The translations under genes were made by a program, and so were the position numbers. Below the pieces are notes generated by a model. The model searched no databases and was not told where the DNA came from. It was given only the letters and a program-made list of their open reading frames with translations. A stretch of DNA of 64,000 nucleotides from assembly GCA_036867785.1 (NCBI GenBank), contig CP145410.1:1488001-1552000 (forward strand), read 5' to 3'. Source of the DNA: Plasmodiophora brassicae. Lineage: Eukaryota. This document shows, piece by piece, positions 13,310 to 23,279 of this stretch (positions are counted from its first letter, which is position 1; every line of letters starts with the position of its first letter).

Positions 13310-13612
13310 GGTGATTTTTGTTTGTCACGGACCCACGGACCCACGGACACAAACAAACAAAAATACCCGATGAGGCGATGACAAACCCAACCGGAAATGC
13401 CACGGGCACTTAGCCATTGGACCCGGAAATGCCACGGGTGCTTAGACATTGGGTTTGTGCGCTTCACGGACAAACACATTTAGCCGACGACAGACTTAAC
13501 CGGAAATGCCACTGGTGGCCATTGGACCGTCCGGACACTCAGTGCGCTTCACGGACAAACACGGTCATGTGAGTACGGTAGTGGCTATCGATGGTGTGTG
13601 TGTGTGTGTGTG
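13310..13612. repeat. Cluster of short repeats (CCGGAAATGCCAC x3, GTGCGCTTCACGGACAAACAC x2, (GT)n)
   Basis: Seen directly; origin unknown, possibly a transposon subterminal region. Confidence 0.5.
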
Positions 13613-14356
13613 CAGCAAATGCCCGTTAACGTCGTCGGGTTGTATCCCGCCGATCACGCTGGGGTGCTCGATGTACGGTTTCTCGGTCGTCTCTTTTCTA
13701 CGCGTGTTAGCGTCGCGGGCGCGGGACCGACGTTGACCGCGCGCGGGCGATGCAGGGCGCGCCGTGCTTCTCGGCTTTCGATCTGACGTCAGGCTGCTGG
13801 CAGGTCCCCGTGGCGGAGGCCGACCAGTACAAGTCGGCGTTCGTGACGCGCGACGGCCTCTTCGAGTGGAACCGAATGCCGTTTGGGTTGAAATGCGCCC
13901 CTGCGACGTTCTGCAGGCTTATGGGCAAGGTCATCGCCGGGATGTCGTTCGTGGACTGCCTCGTCTACATGGACGACGTTGTAGACCGGACCGCCCAACT
14001 AGGCCACGAGAGCAGCTGCTCCCCTTTCCTCAGGACAGCAGTGTTATGGCACGGCCGCGACGGGGGTCGCGCAGCCGCGCAGTTTGAATAAACGTCCACG
14101 GCAACCGACGGCTTCGGCAGTCGGTTAATTCCGTGTTGTGGAGACAATAGTCGTCCGTCGTGTCGTCTCCTGACATCTTAACCGACCTTAACCGTTCGTC
14201 ACCGTCTGTCGTCGCATCGTCTGTCGCTGTCTGTCGTCACCGTCTGTCGTCGCATCGTCTGTCGCCGTCTGTCGTCACCGTCTGTCGTCGCATCGTCTCT
14301 CGATCGTCTACCTTCGGCCTGTCCGCCCCCTTCGTTCTTCGCTCGTGTACGTCTCG

Positions 14357-15343
14357 ATGACGGTCACGCGCTCCGGCTCGACGGGCTCGACGGCTGACGA
14401 AGCCAAGTGCCCAACGACGCCTCCCTCTCCCATCGACCCAACGACCTTGGCCGATGTGGACGCCGCCGATCGCGCCCTCGCGGGTGCCTTACGGGCCTTC
14501 CAGATCCAACAGGATGCGTTCTTCACGGAAATGCGGGCTCGCGCTGAGGAGCAGCTGAAGATCTTTACCAACGCGCTTGCCAGTCCACACTCTACGCCGC
14601 CTACGCCCATGACCGATCCCTCGGCAACATCTGCTGAGCCGTCGTCACATGGCAACGATCCTGTTGTCACGACGACTAAGGTGTCGTTGAGCGAATTTTC
14701 CGGCAATTCCGACGACCTGCCGGCGAGCGAGTGGCTGGCGCTATTCGCTAGCATTGCCCGCGTCGATCTCTCGTCGACCCAGCCACTGTCAGCGGGCGCT
14801 CGTGCGCTCCTGGCTAGCTGCCTGAAGGGCGAAGCGCGTTTCGTTTTTCGTCAACTGGATGCGACCGCCTCCCCAGCCGCGTTCGCCGCGCTGCTCCGGT
14901 TTAATTTTCCAGAACCGGACGTCGAGACCCTCGAATCCCGGTTCGATGCCCTTCGTCAAACGGGACCGTTCGATGCTCATCTGCGTCGGTTCATGTACCT
15001 GTACAACGCCGTACAGTCGGCCTCGAAGGGCGAGTACAGTCTCCCGTCAAAGCGCCTGGCGACGAAGTTCCGCAAGTCGCTCGCCCCAGAGCTTTCGACC
15101 GAGCTCTTCAAGCTCAATCCGCCGACATTCGACGCCATGGTCAAAGAGGCAGCGCGCCTGGCCCCCCTCTATGCCCCGGCACACGCGCTCCTAGCTACGG
15201 ATGCCTCGCCGACCACTCGGACCAAGCTAACGCCGGAGGAGCGCGAGCGCTGCAAACGGCAAGGATTGTGCATGTATTGCCGGCAGCCCGGCCATATGGT
15301 CGCAACATGCCCACATCGTCCGCCGGGAAATGGTCAAGGGTGA
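14357..15343 (+). CDS. gag: Gag (family A)
   Basis: LRQTG motif and CCHC knuckle [14 protein letters not shown]. Confidence 0.9.
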   Translation: MTVTRSGSTGSTADEAKCPTTPPSPIDPTTLADVDAADRALAGALRAFQIQQDAFFTEMRARAEEQLKIFTNALASPHSTPPTPMTDPSATSAEPSSHGNDPVVTTTKVSLSEFSGNSDDLPASEWLALFASIARVDLSSTQPLSAGARALLASCLKGEARFVFRQLDATASPAAFAALLRFNFPEPDVETLESRFDALRQTGPFDAHLRRFMYLYNAVQSASKGEYSLPSKRLATKFRKSLAPELSTELFKLNPPTFDAMVKEAARLAPLYAPAHALLATDASPTTRTKLTPEERERCKRQGLCMYCRQPGHMVATCPHRPPGNGQG

Positions 15344-18300
15344 CTGCTCCCGGGTTGGCAGCTCACCCTCTCTCGATACACGAATGTTCTTCGTCCTCGC
15401 AACCCGACACTGTCCTCGTCACTGCTCTTTGTTTCGCAACTGTTCATTCATCTCATCATTTATTCGTTCCGTTTCAATCCACGGGCGATCGCCCGTGGGC
15501 GACGACGGCCCTTTTGGACTGTGGAGCGACATCTTCCTTCGTCGACGCCGGTTTCGCCCGCCGCTATGGCCTGCCACTCCGCTCCAAAGCACAACCGATT
15601 CCAGTCAAGGTTGTTGACGGCCGTCACCTGCCACCGATCACATTGGAGACGGCGCCATTGCCGTGTTCCGTCAACGGGGCCTTCCACGACACAATTGTCC
15701 TCAACGTTATTGACGCTCCGAGTCACCGTATAATCCTGGGACTGCCCTGGCTCGAACAGCACAATCCGGATATCGACTGGCTTCGTCGCACCGTACGCGA
15801 ACGCATTACTCGGGGATCACCGCGTTTGTGGCTCGATGCTCGGGCCGGTGGGAACCCCACCGGCTCTGCCGACACGGTTGCCTGCTCTGCTGACACGGTC
15901 GCCCTTTCTGATGCCACAGTCGCCTGCTCTCCTGACACGGCCGTCTGCTCTCCTGACACGGCCGCGTTATTATGCTGCGCCGAGGGGTTGCCCGTCGAAC
16001 CCGGCCCGCTTCCGAGCGCACCGCCTTTGGACATTGATCACTTCGTCGCCTCGTCGTCTCCCGTTACTGCCCAGCCGTTACCACCGGTGGGTGCTTCTCT
16101 GGTCGCCGTCGACGTTCCGGAACTAGTGCAGCCTGCGCCTGCTACTGACCAGCCATTAGTGCCGGTGGCTGCTTCTCTGGTCGACGGTCCGGAACTCGTG
16201 CCGCCCGTGTCTGCCGCTGGTCGACCAGAGAATTCCGCCGCACCGCCTGAGTCGGCGACCGCAGCTGCCGCCACTGTTCCGCCACCGCTTCCGCCTCTTT
16301 CGTGCTTGGCACCGGCCCCCTCTTGTTCAGAACATCCCTCGGTTTCGCCGGCACGTCGCCGCGCGGGTCGACGCGCCCCTTTCGCCTGCTCAGGGCGCAG
16401 CAGTCCACACGGGTCACTCGCCTCCCAGCTGTGTGCGCTCGTGGGGCTGGTCGCCCTCCTGGTATTGATCGCCAACAGCTCCGCCCCGAGACGTGCGCCT
16501 TCCATGCTTCCGGATCCCTGCGTCATCGACAACGCCTTGCTGACTTCCGTGCCACAGGCCTCCACGTCGTCGTCGGTTGGAACGGATCCGTCGACTACGG
16601 AGCCGCCAGGCGAACCTGTGGAGCCGCTCTCCATCGCGTTTGTTTCCGCCGAACCGTTCTTAGACGACGTGCAAGACGGCGCAGACTGCTATGCCATCCA
16701 CTACACATGGTCACCGTCCGATTCCGCTGCCCACGCCGCGGAACTACCGCCGCAATATCAGGAGTTTACTGACGTGTTCGATAAGGCGAACTCAACGACT
16801 CTTCCTGATCACCGATCGTTCGACTGTCCGATTGACCTGAAACCTGGTGGCGACCCGCCGTATTGCCGTCTGTACGGGCTGTCACCCCGGGAACAAGAAG
16901 CCTTGAAGGAGTATCTCAGGATCAACCTGGAAGCTAATCTCATTCGTCCATCCCGTTCATCGGCGGGCGCCCCAATTCTGTTCGTCAAGAAGAAGGACGG
17001 TAGTCTTCGCCTGTGCGTAGATTACCGTGGTCTAAACTCTGTTACTATCAAGAACCGATATCCGGTTCCACTTATCGACCAGCTCTTGATCCAGCTCGGC
17101 TCCGGAACAATCTTCACGAAAATCGACCTCCGCAGCGCCTATAACCAAGTTCGGATCCGAGAAGGCGATGAGTGGAAGACGGCCTTCCGCACGCCGTACG
17201 GCTTGTTCGAGTACTTAGTCATGCCGTTTGGCTTAGCCAACGCGCCGGCCTCCTTCCAGTACTTCATGAACGAGACGTTCAAGGATTTCCTTGATGTATT
17301 TGTGGTAATCTACTTGGACGACATCCTGATCTACTCATCGACTCCCGAGGACCATGAACGCCATGTCCGTCTCGTCCTACACCGACTCCGCACTGCTCAA
17401 CTCCACGCTAAACTGGAGAAGTGCGTCTTCAATACGGACGAAGTGGAATTTTTAGGTTTCTTGGTGTCCTCCTCCGGGATACGGGTTGAACCCTCCAGGA
17501 TCGATTGCATTCTCTCGTGGCAACAGCCGACCGACGTCCACGGGGTGCAGGTGTTTCTCGGGTTCGCTAACTTCTATCGCAAGTTCGTTCCCCACTTCGC
17601 AGAGCTGGCCTTACCGCTGACAAATCTCACGCGTGATAACGTGCCGTTTCGTTGGGATCAATCGGCAGACGCCGCATTCACGGCGCTCAAGGTTGCTTTC
17701 ACGTCAGCCCCTGTCCTTGCTCATTTCGACCCAGATCGCCCGTGCGAAGTGGAAACGGATGCTTCCGATTTCGCGGTGGCAATGGTCTTGTCGCAGCGGG
17801 GCCCCGATGATGAACTTCACCCGTTGGCATTCTTCTCGCGCAAGCTCGCGCCTACTGAGATCAATTTTCCTATCTACGACAAGGAACTTCTCGCGGTCGT
17901 CCAGACCTTCGAAAAGTGGCGTCAGTTCCTGGACTCATCGCGACACCAGACCGTCATCCACAGCGATCATCGGAATCTGGAATACTTCACCAGCACTCAC
18001 AAACTGAATCGTCGTCAAGTCCGATGGTCCCAACTGCTTAACGAATTTGATTTCGTTATCCAACACCGACCAGGCCGTCTTCATGGCAAGGCGGACGCCC
18101 TGACTCGTCGCCCCGAATACGCGCCTTCTGATCAGGATGAGGTTGTGCTCCAGCAGTCACTCCTGCTCCTTCCAGCGTCGCGGCTCGGGCCAGGACCCCT
18201 ACAGGAGGTCCAGATCAACGTGGCCGATACTACAACCGACGCACTCCTCGATCGTATCCGCCGCAACCAAGCTTCCGACCCGTTTGTGTGCCGCACCCGT

Positions 18301-19728
18301 CAGCGACTTCATCGTCCGAGCGGCCGCCACTTTAGCGTCCGAGACGACGTTCTATACCGTGGACATTCTGTGGTCGTCTCTGGCGATGACTGCAAACTGG
18401 ACATTCTTCGCTCTTTCCACGATAATGTCACGGCGGGCCACCTCGGTATTCGGAAAACCGTGCAGTTAATTCGCCGCGAATTTTGGTGGCCGGGTTTGAC
18501 CCCTTTCGTAGCCCGTTACGTGCTCTCCTGCGATACGTGTCGTCGGACTAAGACGGCTCGGCACAAGCCCTTCGGATTACTCATGCCACTCCCTCTGCCG
18601 ACGACTCTTTGGCGGTCCATTTCCATGGACTTCGTGGTTAAGCTTCCCTGTTCGAACGGGTATGACTCCATCCTCGTCGTCGTTGACCGCCTCTCCAAGA
18701 TGGCGCATTTTATTCCTTGCAACGAAACAATATCATCTGTTGACCTTGCTGCCTTGTTTCTGGCAAATATCTTCCGCTTACATGGCCTCCCTGACGATAT
18801 CGTGTCGGACCGAGGGCCTCAGTTCATCGCTAAGTTCTGGAAGCAACTTCTCATACGTCTCGGCGTGCAACGCAACCTGTCTTCTTCGCGGCACCCAGAA
18901 TCCGATGGCCAAACCGAGCGGGTGAACCAAGTCATGGAACAGTATCTCCGTGCGTACGTCAACTACTTACAAGACGACTGGCAGCCGCTCCTTGCCGTAG
19001 CTGAATTTTCGTACAACAATGCAGACCATACCGCGACAGGTATGTCACCGTTTTTCGCGAACTATGGCTACCACCCACGTGTGATGGACGTGCAACCTCG
19101 ACCGTCTACCAGCGCCAATCCGACTGCCGACGAGCGCGCTGAGTCCTTGCAGAGGATTCGCAACTTCTTGACCCGTCAACTGACTCGAGCTTCTGCCGAT
19201 TCCAAACGATTCGCCGACGCGAAGCGGCAAACATCTCCGAAGTTTCAGGTGGGCGACTTAGTGATGCTACGTCGCGGCTCCCTGAAAACTCTGCGACCCT
19301 GCGCGAAGCTCGACTACCAATTTTTAGGGCCATTCCCTATCAGCCAACTCGTCAATCCGGTTGCTTTTCAACTCGACCTTCCTGCCGAGTTCCGTATCCA
19401 CAATGTATTTCATGTATCTCAACTCGAGCCTTACGTCGCCAACCTTATCCCTGGTCGCACTCAACCTCCTCCTCCACCGATTCTTCTCGCGGATGACGAT
19501 GCTCCCCTCTTCATCGTTCACGATGTCCTCGATTCTCGATATCGCCGTTCCCGATTGGAATATTTGATCGACTGGGAAGGGTACCCGCCTTCTGAACGCA
19601 CGTGGGAACCCGCAGGAGAACTACACGGTACAGGTGGGCTCAACGAATTGTTGGTTAACTTCCACGCTCGGTACCCAACCAAGCCGGGGCCGAAGTGGCG
19701 AAAGCCACCCCGCCGGCCGGCCCGATGA
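15325..19728 (+). CDS. pol: Pol PR-RT-RH-IN-chromodomain (family A), reached by -1 frameshift
   Basis: LLDCGAT, YLDD, TDASD, GHLG..CDTC, SMDF/VSDRG/GQTER, chromodomain [12 protein letters not shown]; slippery GGGAAAT at 15325-15331. Confidence 0.95.
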   Translation, partial: GKWSRVTAPGLAAHPLSIHECSSSSQPDTVLVTALCFATVHSSHHLFVPFQSTGDRPWATTALLDCGATSSFVDAGFARRYGLPLRSKAQPIPVKVVDGRHLPPITLETAPLPCSVNGAFHDTIVLNVIDAPSHRIILGLPWLEQHNPDIDWLRRTVRERITRGSPRLWLDARAGGNPTGSADTVACSADTVALSDATVACSPDTAVCSPDTAALLCCAEGLPVEPGPLPSAPPLDIDHFVASSSPVTAQPLPPVGASLVAVDVPELVQPAPATDQPLVPVAASLVDGPELVPPVSAAGRPENSAAPPESATAAAATVPPPLPPLSCLAPAPSCSEHPSVSPARRRAGRRAPFACSGRSSPHGSLASQLCALVGLVALLVLIANSSAPRRAPSMLPDPCVIDNALLTSVPQASTSSSVGTDPSTTEPPGEPVEPLSIAFVSAEPFLDDVQDGADCYAIHYTWSPSDSAAHAAELPPQYQEFTDVFDKANSTTLPDHRSFDCPIDLKPGGDPPYCRLYGLSPREQEALKEYLRINLEANLIRPSRSSAGAPILFVKKKDGSLRLCVDYRGLNSVTIKNRYPVPLIDQLLIQLGSGTIFTKIDLRSAYNQVRIREGDEWKTAFRTPYGLFEYLVMPFGLANAPASFQYFMNETFKDFLDVFVVIYLDDILIYSSTPEDHERHVRLVLHRLRTAQLHAKLEKCVFNTDEVEFLGFLVSSSGIRVEPSRIDCILSWQQPTDVHGVQVFLGFANFYRKFVPHFAELALPLTNLTRDNVPFRWDQSADAAFTALKVAFTSAPVLAHFDPDRPCEVETDASDFAVAMVLSQRGPDDELHPLAFFSRKLAPTEINFPIYDKELLAVVQTFEKWRQFLDSSRHQTVIHSDHRNLEYFTSTHKLNRRQVRWSQLLNEFDFVIQHRPGRLHGKADALTRRPEYAPSDQDEVVLQQSLLLLPASRLGPGPLQEVQINVADTTTDALLDRIRRNQASDPFVCRTRQRLHRPSGRHFSVRDDVLYRGHSVVVSGDDCKLDILRSFHDNVTAGHLGIRKTVQLIRREFWWPGLTPFVARYVLSCDTCRRTKTARHKPFGLLMPLPLPTTLWRSISMDFVVKLPCSNGYDSILVVVDRLSKMAHFIPCNETISSVDLAALFLANIFRLHGLPDDIVSDRGPQFIAKFWKQLLIRLGVQRNLSSSRHPESDGQTERVNQVMEQYLRAYVNYLQDDWQPLLAVAEFSYNNADHTATGMSPFFANYGYHPRVMDVQPRPSTSANPTADERAESLQRIRNFLTRQLTRASADSKRFADAKRQTSPKFQVGDLVMLRRGSLKTLRPCAKLDYQFLGPFPISQLVNPVAFQLDLPAEFRIHNVFHVSQLEPYVANLIPGRTQPPPPPILLADDDAPLFIVHDVLDSRYRRSRLEYLIDWEGYPPSERTWEPAGELHGTGGLNELLVNFHARYPTKPGPKWRKPPRRPAR

Positions 19729-20264
19729 CAGGGGACTATACTGTTATGGCACGGCCGCGACGGGGGTCGCGCAGCCGCGCAGTTTGAATAAACGTCCACG
19801 GCAACCGACGGCTTCGGCAGTCGGTTAATTCCGTGTTGTGGAGACAATAGTCGTCCGTCGTGTCGTCTCCTGACAAGCAGGACCCCCTCCTCAGGACAGC
19901 AGCATCTTGAGGTCGGGCACGAGACGCTAAATATAGAGCCCCGCTCTACAACGTGCCCGTCTTCTCCCAGACGTTGGACCAGCACTTTAACCGGATCACC
20001 AGGGTGTTTGAGCGCCTACGCGAGCATGGACTGACCGTCAGCCCGAGGAAGACGTACCTTCTCCAGCGCGCGGTCACCTACCTGGGTCACCGCATAAGCG
20101 AAGAGGGGCTCGAGCCCGACGCGCGGCTCGTTAGAGCGGTGGTGGAGTTCCCGGAGTCGACGAACAAGGCGCAGACAAGTGCGTTCTTGGGGCTCGCGGG
20201 GTACTACTCCCATCTGATTCGCCGGTTCGCGGAGATCTCGGCTCCGCTCAGAGACCTCATCGTC

Positions 20265-21270
20265 CGACCGACTCCCATGCCGTATTTCTCTCCCAACACA
20301 AATATGTCGCTGACATACTCCACAAATATGGTATGGCACACTCGACCCCAGTCCCTACGCCAGCCAACCCGGACGTCAAGTTAACCAGCGACATCGCACC
20401 ACGCAGCGCACCAGACCAGCAACTGGCTACGCGGGAAAATCAACGCATCAACTACCGCGCTGCCGTTGGGCACGTCACATGGCTCACACACACACGCCCG
20501 GATATTGCGTATGCTGTCAGCGAAGTGTCCCGCTATGTCAGTAACCCCGGCCCCCAACACTTCGTTGCCCTCAAACGGATCCTGCGCTACCTCAACGGCA
20601 CTCGTGACTACGGCCTACTCTACCATCGTACACCAAATCAAACCGACCCTGTCCTCCAGGCGTACTCCGACTCTGACTGGGCTGGAGACCTTGACACTCG
20701 ACATTCCACCAGCGGCTACATTGTCTTCCTGAACGGCTGCCCCATCTCTTATAAGACACAAAAGCAACGTTCGACAGCCCTGTCGTCCTGTGAAGCGGAA
20801 ACGGTGGCATCCTCCCAAGCAGCGGCAGAGACAGTCTGGCTACGGTCTGTCCTCGGCGAAATTGGTTTTCCACAAACCCATCCGACGGACCTCTTCGTTG
20901 ACAACCAAGGTGCTATTGCCTTCGCCAACAACGCTGTGAACCACAGTAAGATGAAACACATCGACATCCGACACCGTTACGTCCGGGACCAAGTGGCTGA
21001 CGGCCAATTGCGAATCTCGTATGTGCGCTCCAGTGATAACCTCGCGGACATCTTCACCAAAGCCCTGGGAAAGATCAAGTTCGAGGAGCTCCGAGAGAGA
21101 ATCGGCTGCGTCAGACGACCATGTCCGGTCGAGGGGGGGAGTCAAGACACGCACCCTCAAGCCCTGGAACCTGGCAACACCCTCAAGTAGGATGCGGCCT
21201 CTGGTAACAGTCAGACACGTCCACTACCCCTCACGGGGAAATACACTTACTTAGTTATTATGTGCCTTCA
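20265..21270 (+). mobile_element. 5'-truncated Copia fragment (RT C-terminus, RNase H, PPT, probable 3' LTR ~21141-21270)
   Basis: TRPDIAYAV, YSDSDWAGD, SSCEAE, KHIDIR, ADIFTKAL; GAGGGGGGGA tract. Confidence 0.85.
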
Positions 21271-22000
21271 GACGCCCCGGGGCGGTGGGGGTCCGAGGCG
21301 TTCGTCCAGCTGAAGCAGCGTCGATCTGTCGGAAGGGCCATTCTGGCACATCCCGACTTCTCGTGTCCGTTCATCCTGCAGACGGATCGGAGCAAGTTGG
21401 CGTTCGGGGCCATTCTGTGTCAGCGCGATGATGAGGGTCACGAACGTCCGATCGGCGATCGCCTACATGTCCCGCAAGTGCCGGGGCGTAGAACGGCCTC
21501 TCGGCGAGGGGAAGCCATGTCGATCAAGCACGCGCTCCCACGTCGGAAGTGGCGATGCTTCGGAAGGAGATCACTTCGTGCTTGAGACCGACCACCGCCC
21601 ATTGGAATTCCTACGCAAGGAACAGGATGCCGCGCAGCTCTGAAGAGTTTGGGAGGCGCTGGAGCGTACGACTACACTCTGGGGTACAAGCCGGGAACTT
21701 CAATGACGAACGTGGACGCGTCGAGCCGCGTCGAGTATCGACACCACTCGGGCGAGGCCGTCGTCGATCCGGCACTCGTCGAGTCGGAGTCGGATGCGAG
21801 CGATATGGAGGCGGATCTGGACGACGATGATGACCTGGCGGACGTTGCGGAGGCGTTCGGTGTTCGAGCTGTCAACGTGACTGGCATCAGCGACTCTTGC
21901 GGGTGATGCCTCGTCCGATATGGTTGGTCTGAAAGACATGCACGACCTGGATGGCACCGACGAGAAGGATGAGGACGACCCGGTGGGCGGCCGGACGTCA

Positions 22001-22495
22001 GTTCAGTTCAGTTCAGTTCAGTTCAGTTCAGTTCAGTTCAGTTCAGTTTATGTGTGCTTCGCGCTTTTCACGCAGGCGCTTCGTTCTCGGGTCCGAGGAC
22101 CGAAGGGTCAACCAGCAGAACGCCAGCGTCACCCGGCCTGGCAGTGCCGGCCCATCACCTCTGTGCTAAGTTCATCGCGTCTGGACGATATCGGGACGGG
22201 ACTTGACTCGCTCGGAATTGCCGACTGCACTCTTTGCCGATCTACTTCGCCATACCGCCTATGTCGGGATGCTGACATACCCTTGTCTTGCGGGCCGTTC
22301 CTCTACCTCCCCAGTCGCTCAATCGAGACCCTTATTGCTCTGGCACTTTGGGCTGCCTGATCAGTAGATCACCCCTTCAACACTCGCAGCTGTTGGGTAC
22401 AGGACATTTTTTGGAGTTGTTCGTGCCTCGAACTGGGGACCTTGCGGTCCCACGACTGCTGCTGACCAACCAGGTCACTGGGGCAGCCCCCCTGC
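22001..22495 (-). mobile_element. SINE-like non-LTR insertion, copy 1
   Basis: 10-bp TSD CCGGACGTCA (21991-22000, 22496-22505); (AACTG)n tail; homologous to 46288-46768. Confidence 0.8.
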
Positions 22496-22789
22496 CCGGA
22501 CGTCATTGGCCTACGGGAACGGCAACGTGCGTATCCGATCTTGGGACGCTTGATCGAGGAGAAGGAGCGGAACGAACCACTGAAGAGTCGATTGGCTGCG
22601 ACGACGATCTTGAACGAGGAAGGCGTCCTGATGAAAGTGCGGTCACCTCGTCGAGCTGCGGATGGCGAACGGCAAGTTCTGTCTGTGCCAGAGAGTGACC
22701 GTGGCAAGCAGCTGAAGAGAGCGCCTGACGATCCAGTCGCGGGGCACTGCGGCAAGGCAAGAACGATCCAGAACCTGCAGCAGGCGGCG

Positions 22790-23115
22790 TGTAGACAGGA
22801 CCGCCCCAACTAGGCCACGGGAGCAGCTGCTCTCGTGGCCTAGTTGGGCGGTCCGGTCTACAAAACATCTCACCGGGGAAGCTCAAGCCCCCCGACGATC
22901 GAGCGATGTCCGCCGCCTACCTGTGTAGACGACTCGCAGACCTGCTCTCGTGCCTGGCGCGTCCGTACTATCTACACATCCTCCCCAAAACTCTTCGTCT
23001 CTGCGGACTGCGAGGAGGCTCGAACTCCCGTCGGTGAGATGTTTTGTAGACCGGACCGCCCAACTAGGCCCGAGAGCAGCTGCTCCCGTGGCCTAGTTGA
23101 GCGGTCCGGTCTACA
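22790..23115. mobile_element. Miniature element with palindromic terminal repeats (family E), monomer
   Basis: Near-perfect palindromes 22790-22862 and 23045-23115 around a 182-bp core; 4-bp TSD GGCG; interrupts the integrase of relic I. Confidence 0.9.
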
Positions 23116-23279
23116 GGCGTTCTGGCCGGGCATGATCCGGGACGCGCGTCGATGCGTCAAACGTTGCCGAACATGCCAGCAGGCCAAATCTCGGGTAGGT
23201 GGTACCGTCGGAGCAAGGGCTGCGACAGGAGTTCGCCGACGACAACGTCCAGTTCCTGCCCTGGCATTCAGAGCACGTT

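Larger units (their letters stand above)
14042..19875 (+). mobile_element. Intact chromodomain Ty3/Gypsy retrotransposon (family A)
   Basis: Identical 134-bp LTRs 14042-14175 and 19742-19875; 5-bp TSD AGCAG; PPT-like AGGGGACTATAC before the 3' LTR; tandem repeats in the 5' UTR. Confidence 0.97.
13980..19950. mobile_element. Solo LTR (family G, ~132 bp; halves 13980-14041 and 19881-19950) split by Gypsy A
   Basis: TGTAGACC...CTCTACA termini; 4-bp TSD ACGT (13976-13979, 19951-19954) just after the YMDD codons of relic I. Confidence 0.85.
13750..23279 (+). pseudogene. Old Gypsy pol relic (family I) hosting many nested insertions; pieces at 13750-13979, 19951-20265, 21271-22000, 22496-22789, 23116-23279, continuing inverted at 33348-33391
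   Basis: RT (DLTSGCWQ, MPFGLKCAPATF, YMDD), RNase H (FILQTD, ETDHRPL) and integrase zinc finger (GHCG..FWPGM..CRTCQQAK) in order once inserts are removed. Confidence 0.85.

Noticed and set aside
22001-22047. (CAGTT)n as a telomere-like repeat
   Set aside because: Explained as the 3' tail of the SINE-like element next to its TSD.
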